Numbered from the stretch's first letter, positions 39,144-52,135 are shown. The stretch: 64,000 nt of DNA from Nitrospirota bacterium (GCA_963845245.1 CAWJRJ010000016.1:128001-192000), one strand, 5' to 3'. Numbers and translations are program-made. Notes: generated by a model from the letters alone, not told the origin.

Positions 39144-40217
39144 ATGGGCATCTCGGGCAGGCTCTCTTTCCTTGACAGGTTCCTCACCCTCTGGATATTC
39201 CTTGCGATGGCGGCGGGAGTGGCATCCGGGTATTTCCACCTCGGCTGGGTTGACTACATAACCCGCTTCCAGGTGGGCACCACGTCTATCCCCATCGCCG
39301 CCGGGCTTATACTTATGATGTACCCGCCGCTCGCGAAGGTGCGATACGAGGAGATGGGCCGGATATTCAGGGACAGGAAGGTCGTCGGCCTCTCGCTCGT
39401 CCAGAACTGGATCGTCGGCCCGGTGTTCATGTTCCTGCTCGCCGTAATCTTCCTGCGCGGTTACCCCGAGTACATGGTCGGCCTCATAATGATAGGTCTT
39501 GCCCGCTGCATCGCGATGGTCATCGTATGGAACGACCTGGCCTGCGGGGACAGGGAGTACGCCGCCGGGCTGGTCGCCTTCAACTCCATATTCCAGGTGC
39601 TGTTCTTCTCGGTATACGCATGGTTCTTCATCACATACCTTCCGCCGATGTTCGGGCTGTCCGGCACGGTTGTCGAAATCAGCATGGCCCAGATCGCCAA
39701 AAGCGTCTTCATATACCTGGGCATCCCGTTCATCGCGGGTATGCTTACGCGTTTCGTATTCCTCAAGCTCAAGGGCCGCGAGTGGTACGAGAGGGAGTTC
39801 GTCCCGCGCATCAGCCCGATCACCCTTATCGCCCTCCTTTTCACCATAGTCGTGATGTTCTCGCTCAAGGGCGAGTACATAGTGCGCCTCCCGCTGGACG
39901 TCCTGAGGGTTGCCGTCCCGCTCCTGATCTACTTTATCGTCATGTTCCTCGTCTCCTTCTATATGAGCTGGAAGGTCGGCGCGACCTACGAGCAGTCAGC
40001 CACGCTCTCCTTTACCGCCGCCTCGAACAACTTCGAGCTTGCAATAGCAGTTGCCGTAGCGGTCTTCGGCATAAACTCCGGCGCGGCCTTCGCGGCCGTG
40101 ATAGGCCCGCTTGTGGAGGTTCCGGTGCTGATAGGGCTCGTTAACGTCTCGCTGTACTTTCAGAAGAGGTATTTCGGCCCTGCACGTTGCAAGGTAGCAG
40201 GTCTTAAGACTAATTAA
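39144..40217 (+). CDS. acr3: ACR3 family arsenite efflux transporter
   Basis: [41 protein letters not shown]. Confidence 0.95.
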   Translation: MGISGRLSFLDRFLTLWIFLAMAAGVASGYFHLGWVDYITRFQVGTTSIPIAAGLILMMYPPLAKVRYEEMGRIFRDRKVVGLSLVQNWIVGPVFMFLLAVIFLRGYPEYMVGLIMIGLARCIAMVIVWNDLACGDREYAAGLVAFNSIFQVLFFSVYAWFFITYLPPMFGLSGTVVEISMAQIAKSVFIYLGIPFIAGMLTRFVFLKLKGREWYEREFVPRISPITLIALLFTIVVMFSLKGEYIVRLPLDVLRVAVPLLIYFIVMFLVSFYMSWKVGATYEQSATLSFTAASNNFELAIAVAVAVFGINSGAAFAAVIGPLVEVPVLIGLVNVSLYFQKRYFGPARCKVAGLKTN

Positions 40218-40252
40218 ATTGCCTGAAATTCGATGTAAACGGGAGGAATACC

Positions 40253-40594
40253 ATGAAAATTGAAATCTACGACCCGGCACTTTGCTGTTCCTCGGGCCTC
40301 TGCGGGCCAAGCCCGGACCCTGTCCTTATAAAGATGAACGACGCCGTACTTGCCCTGAAAAAGCAGGGCGTGGAGGTCGAGAGGTTCAACCTCGCGCAGC
40401 AGCCCAAGGCATTCATGGCGAACAAGGGAGTCGCCGACCTGCTTCACAATAATGGGAAGAAGATACTGCCTATAACTGTGGTCAACGGAGAGATATTCAA
40501 GGCCGAGGGCTACCCGGCATATGAAGAGTTATGCGAGAAGTTGGGCATAGAGCCGCTTAAGGCCGTCCGTCCGTTAACTCTAAGGGGAATATGA
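40253..40594 (+). CDS. arsD: Arsenite metallochaperone ArsD
   Basis: YDPALCCSSGLCGP, RFNLAQQP. Confidence 0.92.
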   Translation: MKIEIYDPALCCSSGLCGPSPDPVLIKMNDAVLALKKQGVEVERFNLAQQPKAFMANKGVADLLHNNGKKILPITVVNGEIFKAEGYPAYEELCEKLGIEPLKAVRPLTLRGI

Positions 40595-42405
40595 CTATGC
40601 CAAAATATGTATTTTTCTCCGGCAAAGGCGGTGTCGGCAAGACTACGATGGCCACCTCTACCGCCGTCCATTATGCGCTTGAGGGGAAAAAAACGCTTAT
40701 TGTCACGACCGACCCGGCGTCCAACCTCGCCGATGTCTTCGAGCAGGAGATAGGGCACAAGGTTACTCCAATAATACACATGGACAACCTTTATGCTATG
40801 GAGATAGACCCGGACGAGGCGACGAGGGAATACAAGGAAGGCATTATCGGCCCGTTCAGGGAAGTCATGCCGGAAGACGTTATCGCGTCCATGGAAGAGA
40901 ACCTGAGCGGCCCCTGTACCACCGAGATGGCGTCCTTCGACAGGTTCATAGACTTCATGGAGGACGACGATTACGATATCATAATATTCGATACCGCCCC
41001 CACAGGCCACACAATAAGGTTGCTTGAGCTACCGGTTGATTGGTCCAAGCACATCGAGGAGGCCTCGAAAGGGAGTGGACAGACCTGTCTTGGGCCGGTC
41101 CAGTCCATCCAGGATTCCAAGGACAAGTATGACCGGGCGACAGCCCTTCTGAAGGACCCTGAAAAAACTACTTTCATATTCGTCATGCGGCCCGAGGAGC
41201 TTTCGCTCTATGAGACGCTAAGGGCTTCCAAGGAGCTTGAGACCATAGGCATCAAGTCGGGCGAGATTATCATCAACGGTATATTGCCTCTGGAGGTCTG
41301 CAAGGCCGAGTTCTTCAAGAAGAAATATTGCAGGCAGCAGGTTGTGATGAAAAAGGCGGAAGATACTATTGACAAGCCAAAACGCTATATGCTCCTCAGG
41401 GACAACGAGGTCAAGGGCGTCGAGGCGCTGAAAAGCGTGGCGGATGAACTGTTTTATGGCAAAAAAACGACCCTCGGCGCAGGTGGCAGGACATTATCTC
41501 TGCCGGAATCGACCATAGAAAGCCCCGATATAGACGCCCTTTTTCTGCCTGAAAGCGGGGCTAAGGCTTTGTTTTTCACAGGCAAGGGAGGGGTTGGCAA
41601 AACAACCATTTCCTGTATAGTTGCGTTGTATATTGCACAAAAGGGTTTTAAAACCCTTATAGTGACTACCGACCCTGCGGCACACCTCGGAGAAGTATTT
41701 GATGTCAAGGTGGGAAGCAAGCCGACAGAGATAACCAGCAACCTCCATGCGGTGATGATAGACCAGGTTGAAGCGTTCAACGAATACAAGGAACAGGTAC
41801 TTGAAGAGGCAAGGGGTAAGTATTCGGAGGACATGGTTGCCGCAATGGGAGAAGAACTGAACTCTCCATGCACGGAAGAGATGGCTGCCTTCGACAAGTT
41901 TGCCCAGTACATCGAGAGCAGAGACTATGATGTAGTCGTATTCGATACCGCCCCAACCGGTCACACGTTACGTCTCCTTGACCTGCCGTTCGATTATGCA
42001 AAGCAGGTCGAGATGATGGTTGCTACCAGCGAGAGTGCCGGGCTGAAAGAAACGTCGCAAAAGCGATTTGGTAAAATCATCCAGACCCTTAGAGACAAGC
42101 GAACAGTCTTCAGTGTCGTCCTGTACCCTGAATCCACGCCGATAATGGAATCTTACCGCGCTATGCTGGATTTGAAGGAAGCGGGCATTGAGACACAGTT
42201 GGTCGTTGCCAATATGGTACTGCCGGAAGGTGCGTGCTCGAATGATTTTCTTTCTAACCGGCGGCAAATGCAGCTTAAGTACCTGAATGAGATCAAGGAG
42301 AGGTTCAACCTGCCGTTGCTTCAGTTCCCGTTGATGCAGGAGGAGATCAAGGGGCTTGACCGGCTGAAGGAGGCGGGCGCAGTCTTGCAAGGGTTGAAAC
42401 GGTAG
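40591..42405 (+). CDS. arsA: Arsenical pump-driving ATPase ArsA (two NBDs)
   Basis: Two GKGGVGKTT, two DTAPTGHT, CTTE/CTEE. Confidence 0.95.
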   Translation: MTMPKYVFFSGKGGVGKTTMATSTAVHYALEGKKTLIVTTDPASNLADVFEQEIGHKVTPIIHMDNLYAMEIDPDEATREYKEGIIGPFREVMPEDVIASMEENLSGPCTTEMASFDRFIDFMEDDDYDIIIFDTAPTGHTIRLLELPVDWSKHIEEASKGSGQTCLGPVQSIQDSKDKYDRATALLKDPEKTTFIFVMRPEELSLYETLRASKELETIGIKSGEIIINGILPLEVCKAEFFKKKYCRQQVVMKKAEDTIDKPKRYMLLRDNEVKGVEALKSVADELFYGKKTTLGAGGRTLSLPESTIESPDIDALFLPESGAKALFFTGKGGVGKTTISCIVALYIAQKGFKTLIVTTDPAAHLGEVFDVKVGSKPTEITSNLHAVMIDQVEAFNEYKEQVLEEARGKYSEDMVAAMGEELNSPCTEEMAAFDKFAQYIESRDYDVVVFDTAPTGHTLRLLDLPFDYAKQVEMMVATSESAGLKETSQKRFGKIIQTLRDKRTVFSVVLYPESTPIMESYRAMLDLKEAGIETQLVVANMVLPEGACSNDFLSNRRQMQLKYLNEIKERFNLPLLQFPLMQEEIKGLDRLKEAGAVLQGLKR

Positions 42406-42468
42406 TGAAGTTGTAAATGTCGTTACATTTAATCGGCTACATATTCAACGCGGTACTGTGAGGTAAAT

Positions 42469-42627
42469 ATGCTTACATGTCCGGTATGCGGCAGGGAACT
42501 TGAGGAAGAAGAAAAGAAGGAAGGCGGTTGGGATTGCCTTTGCGGTGAGTTCATACCCGAGGGCATGGTCATCGACACGGAGAAGCTTGACTGCAAAGGC
42601 GGGTTTATAAAGCGTCCCTTGCATTAG
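42469..42627 (+). CDS. 52-aa Cys-rich zinc-ribbon-like protein
   Basis: Below ORF cutoff; GAGG RBS; MLTCPVCGRELEEEEKKEGGWDCLCGEFIPE... Confidence 0.65.
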   Translation: MLTCPVCGRELEEEEKKEGGWDCLCGEFIPEGMVIDTEKLDCKGGFIKRPLH

Positions 42628-42651
42628 CATAACAAACTGAGGGGGGTTTGC

Positions 42652-42891
42652 ATGGAGATCAAAGTTTTGGGGCCCGGCTGCCCGAACTGCCACAAGATGC
42701 ACGACATGGCGAAGAAGGCCGTGGCCGAATTGGGGGTCGACGCAAAAGTAGAATATATAACGGACATTATGGAGATAATGAAGTACGTGATGTCCACGCC
42801 CGGACTTGTCGTAAATGAAAAGGTAAAACACGCAGGTAAACCGCTGCCTTCACCCGATAAGGTCAAGGCGCTCATACAGGAGGAGATTTAA
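42652..42891 (+). CDS. Small redox-active disulfide protein (MTH895-like thioredoxin family)
   Basis: IKVLGPGCPNC, VMSTPGLVVN. Confidence 0.9.
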   Translation: MEIKVLGPGCPNCHKMHDMAKKAVAELGVDAKVEYITDIMEIMKYVMSTPGLVVNEKVKHAGKPLPSPDKVKALIQEEI

Positions 42892-43349
42892 TGAATAAGT
42901 TAAGAATAATCACTTTAGCTGCAATAATACTAGTTTGCTCTATCGGTATTGCCGCCGCAGGCACGGGCGAGTCGAAGGTTGAGGCCGCAAAGGCGAAAGG
43001 CATGCCGGTCTTCGTCGATGTCGGCAGGACGTCCTGCAAACCATGCAAGATGATGGTGCCCGTGCTTGACACCCTGACCAAGAAGTACAAGGGTAAGATG
43101 GAAGTGGTGTTCGTCCATTCGGATGAAGAACAGGCATACGCCCGCGAGCTGGGCGTTACGATGATACCGACCCAGATACTGCTTGATAAAAACGGCAAAG
43201 AAGTCTCGCGCCATGTAGGCTATATCCCGGTTGAAGACTGCGAAAAGATGATAGGCAACATTGCGGCTGTGGCTCCGGGTAAAGCAGGCGCTAAAGGGAA
43301 GGTTGATAACACCGGGAAAACGTGTGCTCCCGGGGCGATCTGTAAATGA
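42891..43349 (+). CDS. Exported thioredoxin-family protein
   Basis: Signal peptide; CKPC; IPTQILLD..G. Confidence 0.85.
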   Translation: MNKLRIITLAAIILVCSIGIAAAGTGESKVEAAKAKGMPVFVDVGRTSCKPCKMMVPVLDTLTKKYKGKMEVVFVHSDEEQAYARELGVTMIPTQILLDKNGKEVSRHVGYIPVEDCEKMIGNIAAVAPGKAGAKGKVDNTGKTCAPGAICK

Positions 43350-44036
43350 GCTGGAGCGAGAGCATACCTGCCATAGTGCAGGGCCAGCCCCTGCTCGCGT
43401 TCGGCGCGTCCTTCCTTGGCGGGCTGCTGTCGGCAGCCAACCCGTGCGTGCTTGCGACCATCCCGCTCGTCATAGGATACGTAGGCGGCTATTCGGGCGG
43501 CGACAGGAAAAAAGCCCTGTTCTATTCACTGTCATTCATTTTCGGCCTCTCGGTGAACTTCACGCATATTGGGAGTTGCGGCGTCCGCGGTTGGACACCT
43601 GATGGGCAGCCTGGGCGTATGGATGTATGTGTTCGTCGCCGTGGTGGCCGTCGTGATGGGGCTCTCGCTTATGGGCCTCTTTGAGATGCCGACATTGGTC
43701 AAGAGCGACATAAGGCCGAAGACCAGAGGGCTTCTTGGCGCGTTCATGATGGGCTTCATATTCGGTGTCGTCTCCTCGCCCTGCGCGACCCCGGTCTTAG
43801 CTGTTATAATTACATATGTAGCCTCGGAAGGCAGGGTGCTCTACGGTGGTGCACTCCTTTTTGTGTACGCCCTCGGCCACTGTGTTCTGATATTAGCGGC
43901 TGGAGTATCCGTTGGTTTTGTCAACGGCTTCATAAACTCGAAAGGGCTGGTCGCGGCGTCAGGCTATATCAAGAAGGCGAGCGGAGCGCTGTTGGTCGGC
44001 GTTGGCGGATATGTAGCCTATGTTAACATCTTTTAG
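43346..44036 (+). CDS. ccdA: CcdA/DsbD-type thiol-disulfide transporter, frameshifted
   Basis: NPCVL and SPCATP Cys motifs; frameshift at about 43565. Confidence 0.85.
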
Positions 44037-44099
44037 GGTGCATGTATAACGTAACGGTTCTTGGTGACATATATGGAAAAGAGAAAAGGGAAATCTTAA

Positions 44100-45227
44100 A
44101 TGAACGAGCTTAAACTTAAACTTCAACCGGCGAAAGATCTGGCATTGTCGCCGTGCTCTTGCTCAAGCAGTACTGCAAAGATGATGCCACCTGCTTGGGT
44201 CGTCGGCACTGTCAATACCCCGGTGGGGACTGTCCAAAAAGTCACAACCGAGATCAGCCAGTCTGAGCGCTGGGAACATATAAAATGCAGGGCCACCGCC
44301 TTCAGGAACAGCTATACGGTCCCGCCAGGACTGTATGCCGTCGGTGCACCAGACAAGGACTCCCATGTCCTTGTGAGCGCCAATTACAAGCTCAGTTTCG
44401 ATCTGCTCAGACGTGAACTGAAAGGATTGAATGTCTGGATACTTGTCCTCGACACAAAGGGGATCAATGTTTGGTGCGCGGCGGGGAAGGGCACCTTCGG
44501 GACTGATGAACTGGTCCGTCGTATTTTATTGAATCATCTGGACAAGGTGGTAGACCACAGGAAGGTTATCGTCCCACAGCTCGGCGCGCCGGGTGTCAGC
44601 GCCCACAAGGTAAAACAGGCAGCTGGTTTCAGGGTCCTCTATGGGCCTGTAAACGCCAAAGATATCCCCGCCTATATTGCGGCCGATTGCAAGGCTTCAA
44701 GGGAGATGCGCACCGTCGGTTTCAGTGCCAAAGACCGGTTTGTCCTGACGCCCATGGAGATCAACCCCGCGATGAAGAAATATCCCATCTATGCCCTGCT
44801 TGTGCTCGGCATCTTCGGACTTCAACCATCAGGGATAATCTTTAAAGATGCCGTGAATTCCGGGTTCCCGCTTCTAGTCTTCGGCCTCGTTGCGGTTCTG
44901 GCGGGGGCATTCTTGACCCCTGTCTTTCTTCCGTTTGTCCCTTTCAGATCTTTTGCAATAAAGGGCTGGATCGTAGGCATGTTCACAACCGTTATAGCCG
45001 TGCAACTGTTCAGTCCTATGAATGAGACGCTAGTGTTCTTCACCTACATCTTCTTCCCGCTGGTAAGCTCTTATATAGCCTTGCAGTTTACGGGCTCGAC
45101 GACGTTCACCGGGATGTCAGGGGTCAATAAAGAACTTAGGACCGCGATACCCGTGTATATGTTCTTTGGGGTGGTTTCAATCCTGGTTTTGACTGTGTTT
45201 AAGCTTAACCAGTGGGGTGTGCTATGA
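44100..45227 (+). CDS. hgcA: Mercury methylation corrinoid protein HgcA
   Basis: Cap-helix motif GINVWCAAGKGTFG, SANYKLSFD, PQLGAPGV, C-terminal TM helices, FTGSTTFT..SGV.KE. Confidence 0.95.
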   Translation: MNELKLKLQPAKDLALSPCSCSSSTAKMMPPAWVVGTVNTPVGTVQKVTTEISQSERWEHIKCRATAFRNSYTVPPGLYAVGAPDKDSHVLVSANYKLSFDLLRRELKGLNVWILVLDTKGINVWCAAGKGTFGTDELVRRILLNHLDKVVDHRKVIVPQLGAPGVSAHKVKQAAGFRVLYGPVNAKDIPAYIAADCKASREMRTVGFSAKDRFVLTPMEINPAMKKYPIYALLVLGIFGLQPSGIIFKDAVNSGFPLLVFGLVAVLAGAFLTPVFLPFVPFRSFAIKGWIVGMFTTVIAVQLFSPMNETLVFFTYIFFPLVSSYIALQFTGSTTFTGMSGVNKELRTAIPVYMFFGVVSILVLTVFKLNQWGVL

Positions 45228-45526
45228 AATATCTCGCAAATGTGACGACCATTTCTGTGGTTCCGGAAAAATGTACAGGCTGCGGCATGTGCCTGGATGT
45301 CTGCCCGCATAACGTGCTTGCGCTCAAGGACAAGAAGGCCGTCATCGTCGACAGGGACGGGTGCATGGAATGCGGAGCTTGTGCGTCCAACTGCGCTTTT
45401 GGAGCAGTGAACGTAGACAAGGGAGTCGGTTGTGCTGCCGCCATTATCAACAGCATTATCTACGGCGGCGAGCCGACCTGTGGCTGCGATACTAACACCG
45501 GCTCCGGCTCCGGCGGGTGCTGCTGA
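45224..45526 (+). CDS. hgcB: Mercury methylation ferredoxin HgcB
   Basis: Two CxxCxxCxxxC motifs including CMECGAC, GVGCA, C-terminal CC; ATGA overlap with hgcA. Confidence 0.93.
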   Translation: MKYLANVTTISVVPEKCTGCGMCLDVCPHNVLALKDKKAVIVDRDGCMECGACASNCAFGAVNVDKGVGCAAAIINSIIYGGEPTCGCDTNTGSGSGGCC

Positions 45527-45544
45527 TACGCAGGGGATCCATTC

Positions 45545-46261
45545 ATGAAAATCGCGGTATTCGGGGACATACACGGAAACATCGAGGCGCTCAAGGCAGC
45601 CTATGACGCCGCAGCCGATGCCGGTGTTGACAGAATGTACCATCTAGGCGACCTTGGCGGTTATGCGCCTTTCATAAACGAGGTGGCGGACTTTCTGGTC
45701 GAACACAATATCGAGGGCGTGCAGGGCAACTACGACGAGACAGTAGGATTCGACCGCGAACACTGTGGCTGCCGGTATGAAGACCAGGTCCAGGCAGAGA
45801 TGATGGACGCGGGCTTTAACTGGACGAAGGCCCATGCTACACAGAAGACCATAAAATATTTAAAAGCGCTTCCGGCCGAGATCTCCTTTCTGTGCAGGGG
45901 GCGAATAATAAAACTGTTCCATGCCACTCCGACGAAGAACAACCTGTACTGGACTGAGGAGCGGGACGAGAAGTTCTTCCGGGAGATGTCGCAGAAGGCG
46001 CATGCGGACGTAATGGTTTACGGGCATACCCACAAGCCGTACAGGCGTGACCTGGACGGTAAGGTCTTCATAAACGCGGGGAGCGTAGGCAAACCCAAGG
46101 ACGGAGACACCAGGGCATGCCTGGCTGTTATAGAGATAGACGAGACGAAAGTGGTGTCATCGTTTGTCAGGGTCCAGTATGACTTGGAGAAGACTGCCAA
46201 GGCTATAATCGAAAGCGGCATGCCCGCATATTTTGCCGAGAGGCTGCACGAGGGCAGATAG
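45545..46261 (+). CDS. Metallophosphoesterase (calcineurin-like)
   Basis: GDIHGN, HLGD, GNYD, CGC, GHTH, NAGSVG. Confidence 0.9.
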   Translation: MKIAVFGDIHGNIEALKAAYDAAADAGVDRMYHLGDLGGYAPFINEVADFLVEHNIEGVQGNYDETVGFDREHCGCRYEDQVQAEMMDAGFNWTKAHATQKTIKYLKALPAEISFLCRGRIIKLFHATPTKNNLYWTEERDEKFFREMSQKAHADVMVYGHTHKPYRRDLDGKVFINAGSVGKPKDGDTRACLAVIEIDETKVVSSFVRVQYDLEKTAKAIIESGMPAYFAERLHEGR

Positions 46262-46288
46262 TAGAATAAGTTTCTTCAAACGTTAAAC

Positions 46289-46322
46289 AAAGCCCGGTGG
46301 CGAGATGCCTCCGGGTTTTTTG
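46289..46322 (+). terminator. Intrinsic terminator ending the ars-hgc run
   Basis: CCCGG/CCGGG stem followed by a T run. Confidence 0.6.
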
Positions 46323-46451
46323 TGTCCTGATTTAAATCATTTTTTTTGATGAGACACATTAAGGAATTTCAATTAGTTCTGTTGTAAACTTCAAATCATG
46401 AATACAGGGGAGTTATAAACTCAAATATCAACACAAACGGAGGGAATTAAA

Positions 46452-46736
46452 ATGAAGAAGTTCATAATGACAGCAGCCGCAGCAAGCATGATCGCATCAT
46501 CCGCAATAATGGCATATGCATCAGACTCGATTGATCCGATGGGCAAGGCCGCAATAGCCATTGCAAAACCGGCCACGAAGGTTGTCTATGTAACGGAGAA
46601 CGAAGTCAGTCTTGACAGCATTGGTCTCTTCACTGCATCGGCGCCAGTGGTAACCCATGCGGTCGCGTCTGCAAAGCAGGATAAGACGGATAAGATCTGC
46701 CTCGACAGCATCTGCAGGATCGACCTAAAGATGTAA
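46452..46736 (+). CDS. Small secreted hypothetical protein
   Basis: RBS, signal peptide, internal LDSI repeat, C-terminal Cys pair. Confidence 0.7.
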   Translation: MKKFIMTAAAASMIASSAIMAYASDSIDPMGKAAIAIAKPATKVVYVTENEVSLDSIGLFTASAPVVTHAVASAKQDKTDKICLDSICRIDLKM

Positions 46737-46755
46737 TACTCCAAGACCTGATATA

Positions 46756-46786
46756 TAAAAAGGCGCCTTTTCGGCGCCTTTTTTGT
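46756..46786. terminator. Bidirectional terminator
   Basis: A run, GGCGCC-TTTTC-GGCGCC, T run, between convergent genes. Confidence 0.65.
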
Positions 46787-46788
46787 TT

Positions 46789-47304
46789 CTAAGGGGAGAC
46801 ATCTGTCGCGCCATCCGAAACGGACGACTCATCGTCGTCGGGACCAGGCTCCTCTTCTGTAATTTCCTCGGCATCATCTTCGACCGCTGGTTGGCCACCA
46901 TCGCTCACTCCGGGGCTGGTCCCACCATGCGCGGTCAGAGGGTCGAGTGAAGCCGAGGGAGGGGCGGGAACCTGCGGGGTTGCCGCCTGAGCGGGTTGTG
47001 GTTGCGTGGGTTGTGGTTGAGCTGGGGGTGGCGCAGCCGCTGCCGGGTCTGGTTTAAGCAGCTCACCCGTCGACGAGAAATTCGACACCTTGCCATCCTG
47101 GTTGGTAACGGAATTAACCAGAGAGAGCGGGAAAGATGCATACCCTTCCTTGAACTTGACGTTTAACTTGTTACCCTCCACCTTGCAGTCCTCAGCCTGA
47201 AGTACCTCACCGTTTTGCAGATTTATATTATAATAGGCATGAGAAGGTATTGGTACAAGAACAGCCAGGAAGAATATGGTTGTGAAAATCAATGACTTCA
47301 TAGA
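46789..47304 (-). CDS. Secreted hypothetical protein with Pro/Gln and acidic tail
   Basis: Signal peptide, I.L.NG small beta domain, low-complexity C-terminus; start uncertain. Confidence 0.6.
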   Translation of the reverse strand, partial: SMKSLIFTTIFFLAVLVPIPSHAYYNINLQNGEVLQAEDCKVEGNKLNVKFKEGYASFPLSLVNSVTNQDGKVSNFSSTGELLKPDPAAAAPPPAQPQPTQPQPAQAATPQVPAPPSASLDPLTAHGGTSPGVSDGGQPAVEDDAEEITEEEPGPDDDESSVSDGATDVSP

Positions 47305-47388
47305 CATAAATATACCACAGACACGTGTCATTATCCAGCAAGTTTAACGCCTGGAGTATGTCAACGTTTATAATTCTGGCTAAGATGA

Positions 47389-47418
47389 CTTGACAACGTT
47401 GTTATCAAGTTATATACT
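47389..47418 (+). promoter_or_regulatory. sigma70 promoter overlapped by a HAIR-like (HspR) operator
   Basis: TTGACA-17-TATACT; CTTGACA-N7-TATCAAG at 47389-47409 versus HAIR CTTGAGT-N7-ACTCAAG. Confidence 0.65.
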
Positions 47419-47451
47419 ATTATGCATATAAAGACAATAAAGGAGGAAGAC

Positions 47452-47868
47452 ATGAAAATAGTGAAATGGGACCCTTTCAAGCATGTGATGATGGTTGACG
47501 ATTATTTCGACCTGAACGAAGGGCAGATGGACAGGCCCAGGACGTGGGCGCCCGCTGTGGACGTATACGAGACCGACAAGGAAATAGTTCTGACCGCGGA
47601 GCTCCCTGGCGTACATCAGGCGGATATATCGCTCATGGTGCATGACAACGTGCTCACGCTGAAGGGGGACCGCCGCTTTGAAAGGGATGTCAAACAAGAG
47701 AATTTTTACAGGATAGAACGCAACTATGGCTTTTTTTGCCGGAAGTTCACCATGCCTTGCGAGGTTGAAAACGACAATATCAGCGCCGTTTTCCAGGATG
47801 GTGTGCTGAAGGTGACTGTACCAAAGGCGGCTACCTCCAAAAAGATACATGTAAAGATAAAGTCGTGA
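47452..47868 (+). CDS. Hsp20 small heat-shock protein
   Basis: [34 protein letters not shown]. Confidence 0.95.
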   Translation: MKIVKWDPFKHVMMVDDYFDLNEGQMDRPRTWAPAVDVYETDKEIVLTAELPGVHQADISLMVHDNVLTLKGDRRFERDVKQENFYRIERNYGFFCRKFTMPCEVENDNISAVFQDGVLKVTVPKAATSKKIHVKIKS

Positions 47869-47881
47869 TGGGAGCAATCAG

Positions 47882-49054
47882 ATGGCTGTAACCAAGGACT
47901 ATTACGAGCTGCTTGGCCTTTCCCGCAGCGCGGACGTCAAGGAGATAAAGAAGGCCTACCGCAAGCTTGCGCGCAAGTATCACCCGGACGTCAACCCGGG
48001 CGACAAGGAATCCGAGCGAAAATTCAAGGAGATAGGCGAGGCCTACGAGGTCCTGAACGACCCAAAAAAGAAAGAGATGTACGACCGGTTCGGCAGCGCG
48101 GCATTTGAGCAGGGTTTTGGCCAGAACGCGGGTGCGGCCGGAGCCGGCCAGGGGTACGGCGGCTATCAGGGTGGCTATCATGGTTACGGCGGGTACAGCC
48201 CGGAGGACTTTGCGGGGTACGGCCAGGGCGTGGACTACTCGGATGTATTCGGCGATATCTTCGGAGCCAGGGCGCAACCTGTAGGCCCGAGGAAGGGGCA
48301 GGACTCGCAGTATGCCATGGAGTTGAGCCTGGAAGACGCAATCTTCGGCACTACTACACAGCTTAACGTCAGGAGGGAAGTCGCCTGCCAGGTCTGTGGC
48401 GGCACCGGTGTAAGCCCGGGCAGTGCCAGCACGACCTGCCCTGACTGTAAGGGGACAGGCAGGTTGAAGGCATCCAAGGGTTTCTTCAATATGGCCCAGA
48501 CCTGCCAGAGGTGCGGTGGCACCGGCAAGGTCAACCCGAACCCGTGCAAGATATGCAGGGGCAGGGGCACCGTACCGAAAACGGAACAGCTCTCCGTAAA
48601 GATCCCGGCCGGGGTGGACAACGGCTCCAAGGTGCGGCTCGCCGGTAAGGGAGGCGCGGGTGTCAACGGTGGCCCGCCGGGCGACCTCTATATTATAACC
48701 AGGATATTGCCGCACCCGTTTTTTGAGAGAAGGGGCGACAACCTATACTGTGAAGTTCCAGTCACCTATACAGAGGCGGCGCTCGGCGCAAAGGTGGACA
48801 TACCCACCAAGGACGGGGTCGTGACGATGACGATACCGCCCGGTACGCAGCCGGACCAGGAACTGAGGCTTCGCGGCAAGGGTGTGCCTCATTTCGGCGG
48901 GAGCGGGGTTGGTGACCAATACGTTAAGATCAAGGTGGTGGTCCCGGCCAACCCGACGGACAAGGTCAGGGAACTCCTGCATGAGCTGGATAAGGCGCAG
49001 CCCTTGAACCCGAGGGCAGGGATTGCATTCAAGGGGTTCAGGAGGGGAAGATGA
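47882..49054 (+). CDS. dnaJ: Chaperone DnaJ
   Basis: J domain with HPD, G/F/Y-rich region, four CxxCxGxG repeats. Confidence 0.95.
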   Translation: MAVTKDYYELLGLSRSADVKEIKKAYRKLARKYHPDVNPGDKESERKFKEIGEAYEVLNDPKKKEMYDRFGSAAFEQGFGQNAGAAGAGQGYGGYQGGYHGYGGYSPEDFAGYGQGVDYSDVFGDIFGARAQPVGPRKGQDSQYAMELSLEDAIFGTTTQLNVRREVACQVCGGTGVSPGSASTTCPDCKGTGRLKASKGFFNMAQTCQRCGGTGKVNPNPCKICRGRGTVPKTEQLSVKIPAGVDNGSKVRLAGKGGAGVNGGPPGDLYIITRILPHPFFERRGDNLYCEVPVTYTEAALGAKVDIPTKDGVVTMTIPPGTQPDQELRLRGKGVPHFGGSGVGDQYVKIKVVVPANPTDKVRELLHELDKAQPLNPRAGIAFKGFRRGR

Positions 49055-49443
49055 CCGAGAGGGAAAAAGCGGTTTACATGATAAGCGTGGTCTCCGAGCT
49101 TCTTGGGGTACACCCCCAGACGCTCAGGCTCTATGAACGGGAAGGCTTCGTGCGGCCAAGCCGCACCGAGGGCGGCGTCAGGCTTTATTCCCAGGGGGAC
49201 GTCGAGCAGATAAGGATGGTGCTCAGGCTTACGCGCGAGCTTGGCGTCAACCTTGCCGGTGTCGAGGTAATACTTTCCATGCGCGAGAAGATGGAAAAGC
49301 TCCAGGAAGAGATGGAGAAGAGCATGGAGGAGATGCGCGAGGAGTTCATGGCGGAGTTGACCCGGCGTCAGGAGATGACGAAGAACCCTCTGGTCAAGGT
49401 CAAGCCCGGCAGGATTATAAAGATCAAAAATACTGAGAAGTAA
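49051..49443 (+). CDS. hspR: MerR-family heat-shock repressor HspR
   Basis: [31 protein letters not shown]; lies between dnaJ and clpB. Confidence 0.85.
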   Translation: MTEREKAVYMISVVSELLGVHPQTLRLYEREGFVRPSRTEGGVRLYSQGDVEQIRMVLRLTRELGVNLAGVEVILSMREKMEKLQEEMEKSMEEMREEFMAELTRRQEMTKNPLVKVKPGRIIKIKNTEK

Positions 49444-49461
49444 CCGTTTTTGGAGGTTGTT

Positions 49462-52066
<2,605 letters not shown>

Positions 52067-52067
52067 T

Positions 52068-52099
52068 AAAAAAGCCCGCAACGAAAGTTGGGGGCTTTC
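52068..52099. terminator. Terminator hairpin after clpB
   Basis: AAAAAAGCCCGCAACGAAAGTTGGGGGCTTT; related copies at about 54341 and 58291. Confidence 0.65.
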
Positions 52100-52108
52100 A
52101 TTTAGCAC

Positions 52109-52135
52109 GTCATTCCCGCGAAGGCGGGAATCCAG
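52109..52135. repeat. GTCATTCCCGCGAAGGCGGGAATCCAG extragenic palindrome
   Basis: ATTCCC-N8-GGGAAT hairpin of a widespread REP-like type. Confidence 0.6.

Noticed and set aside
42679..42693. CPNCH as a c-type heme motif
   Set aside because: It is the CxxC of a cytoplasmic thioredoxin-like protein with no signal peptide
44100..45227. CO dehydrogenase/acetyl-CoA synthase corrinoid subunit
   Set aside because: The NVWCAAGK cap helix, TM domain and adjacent HgcB identify HgcA
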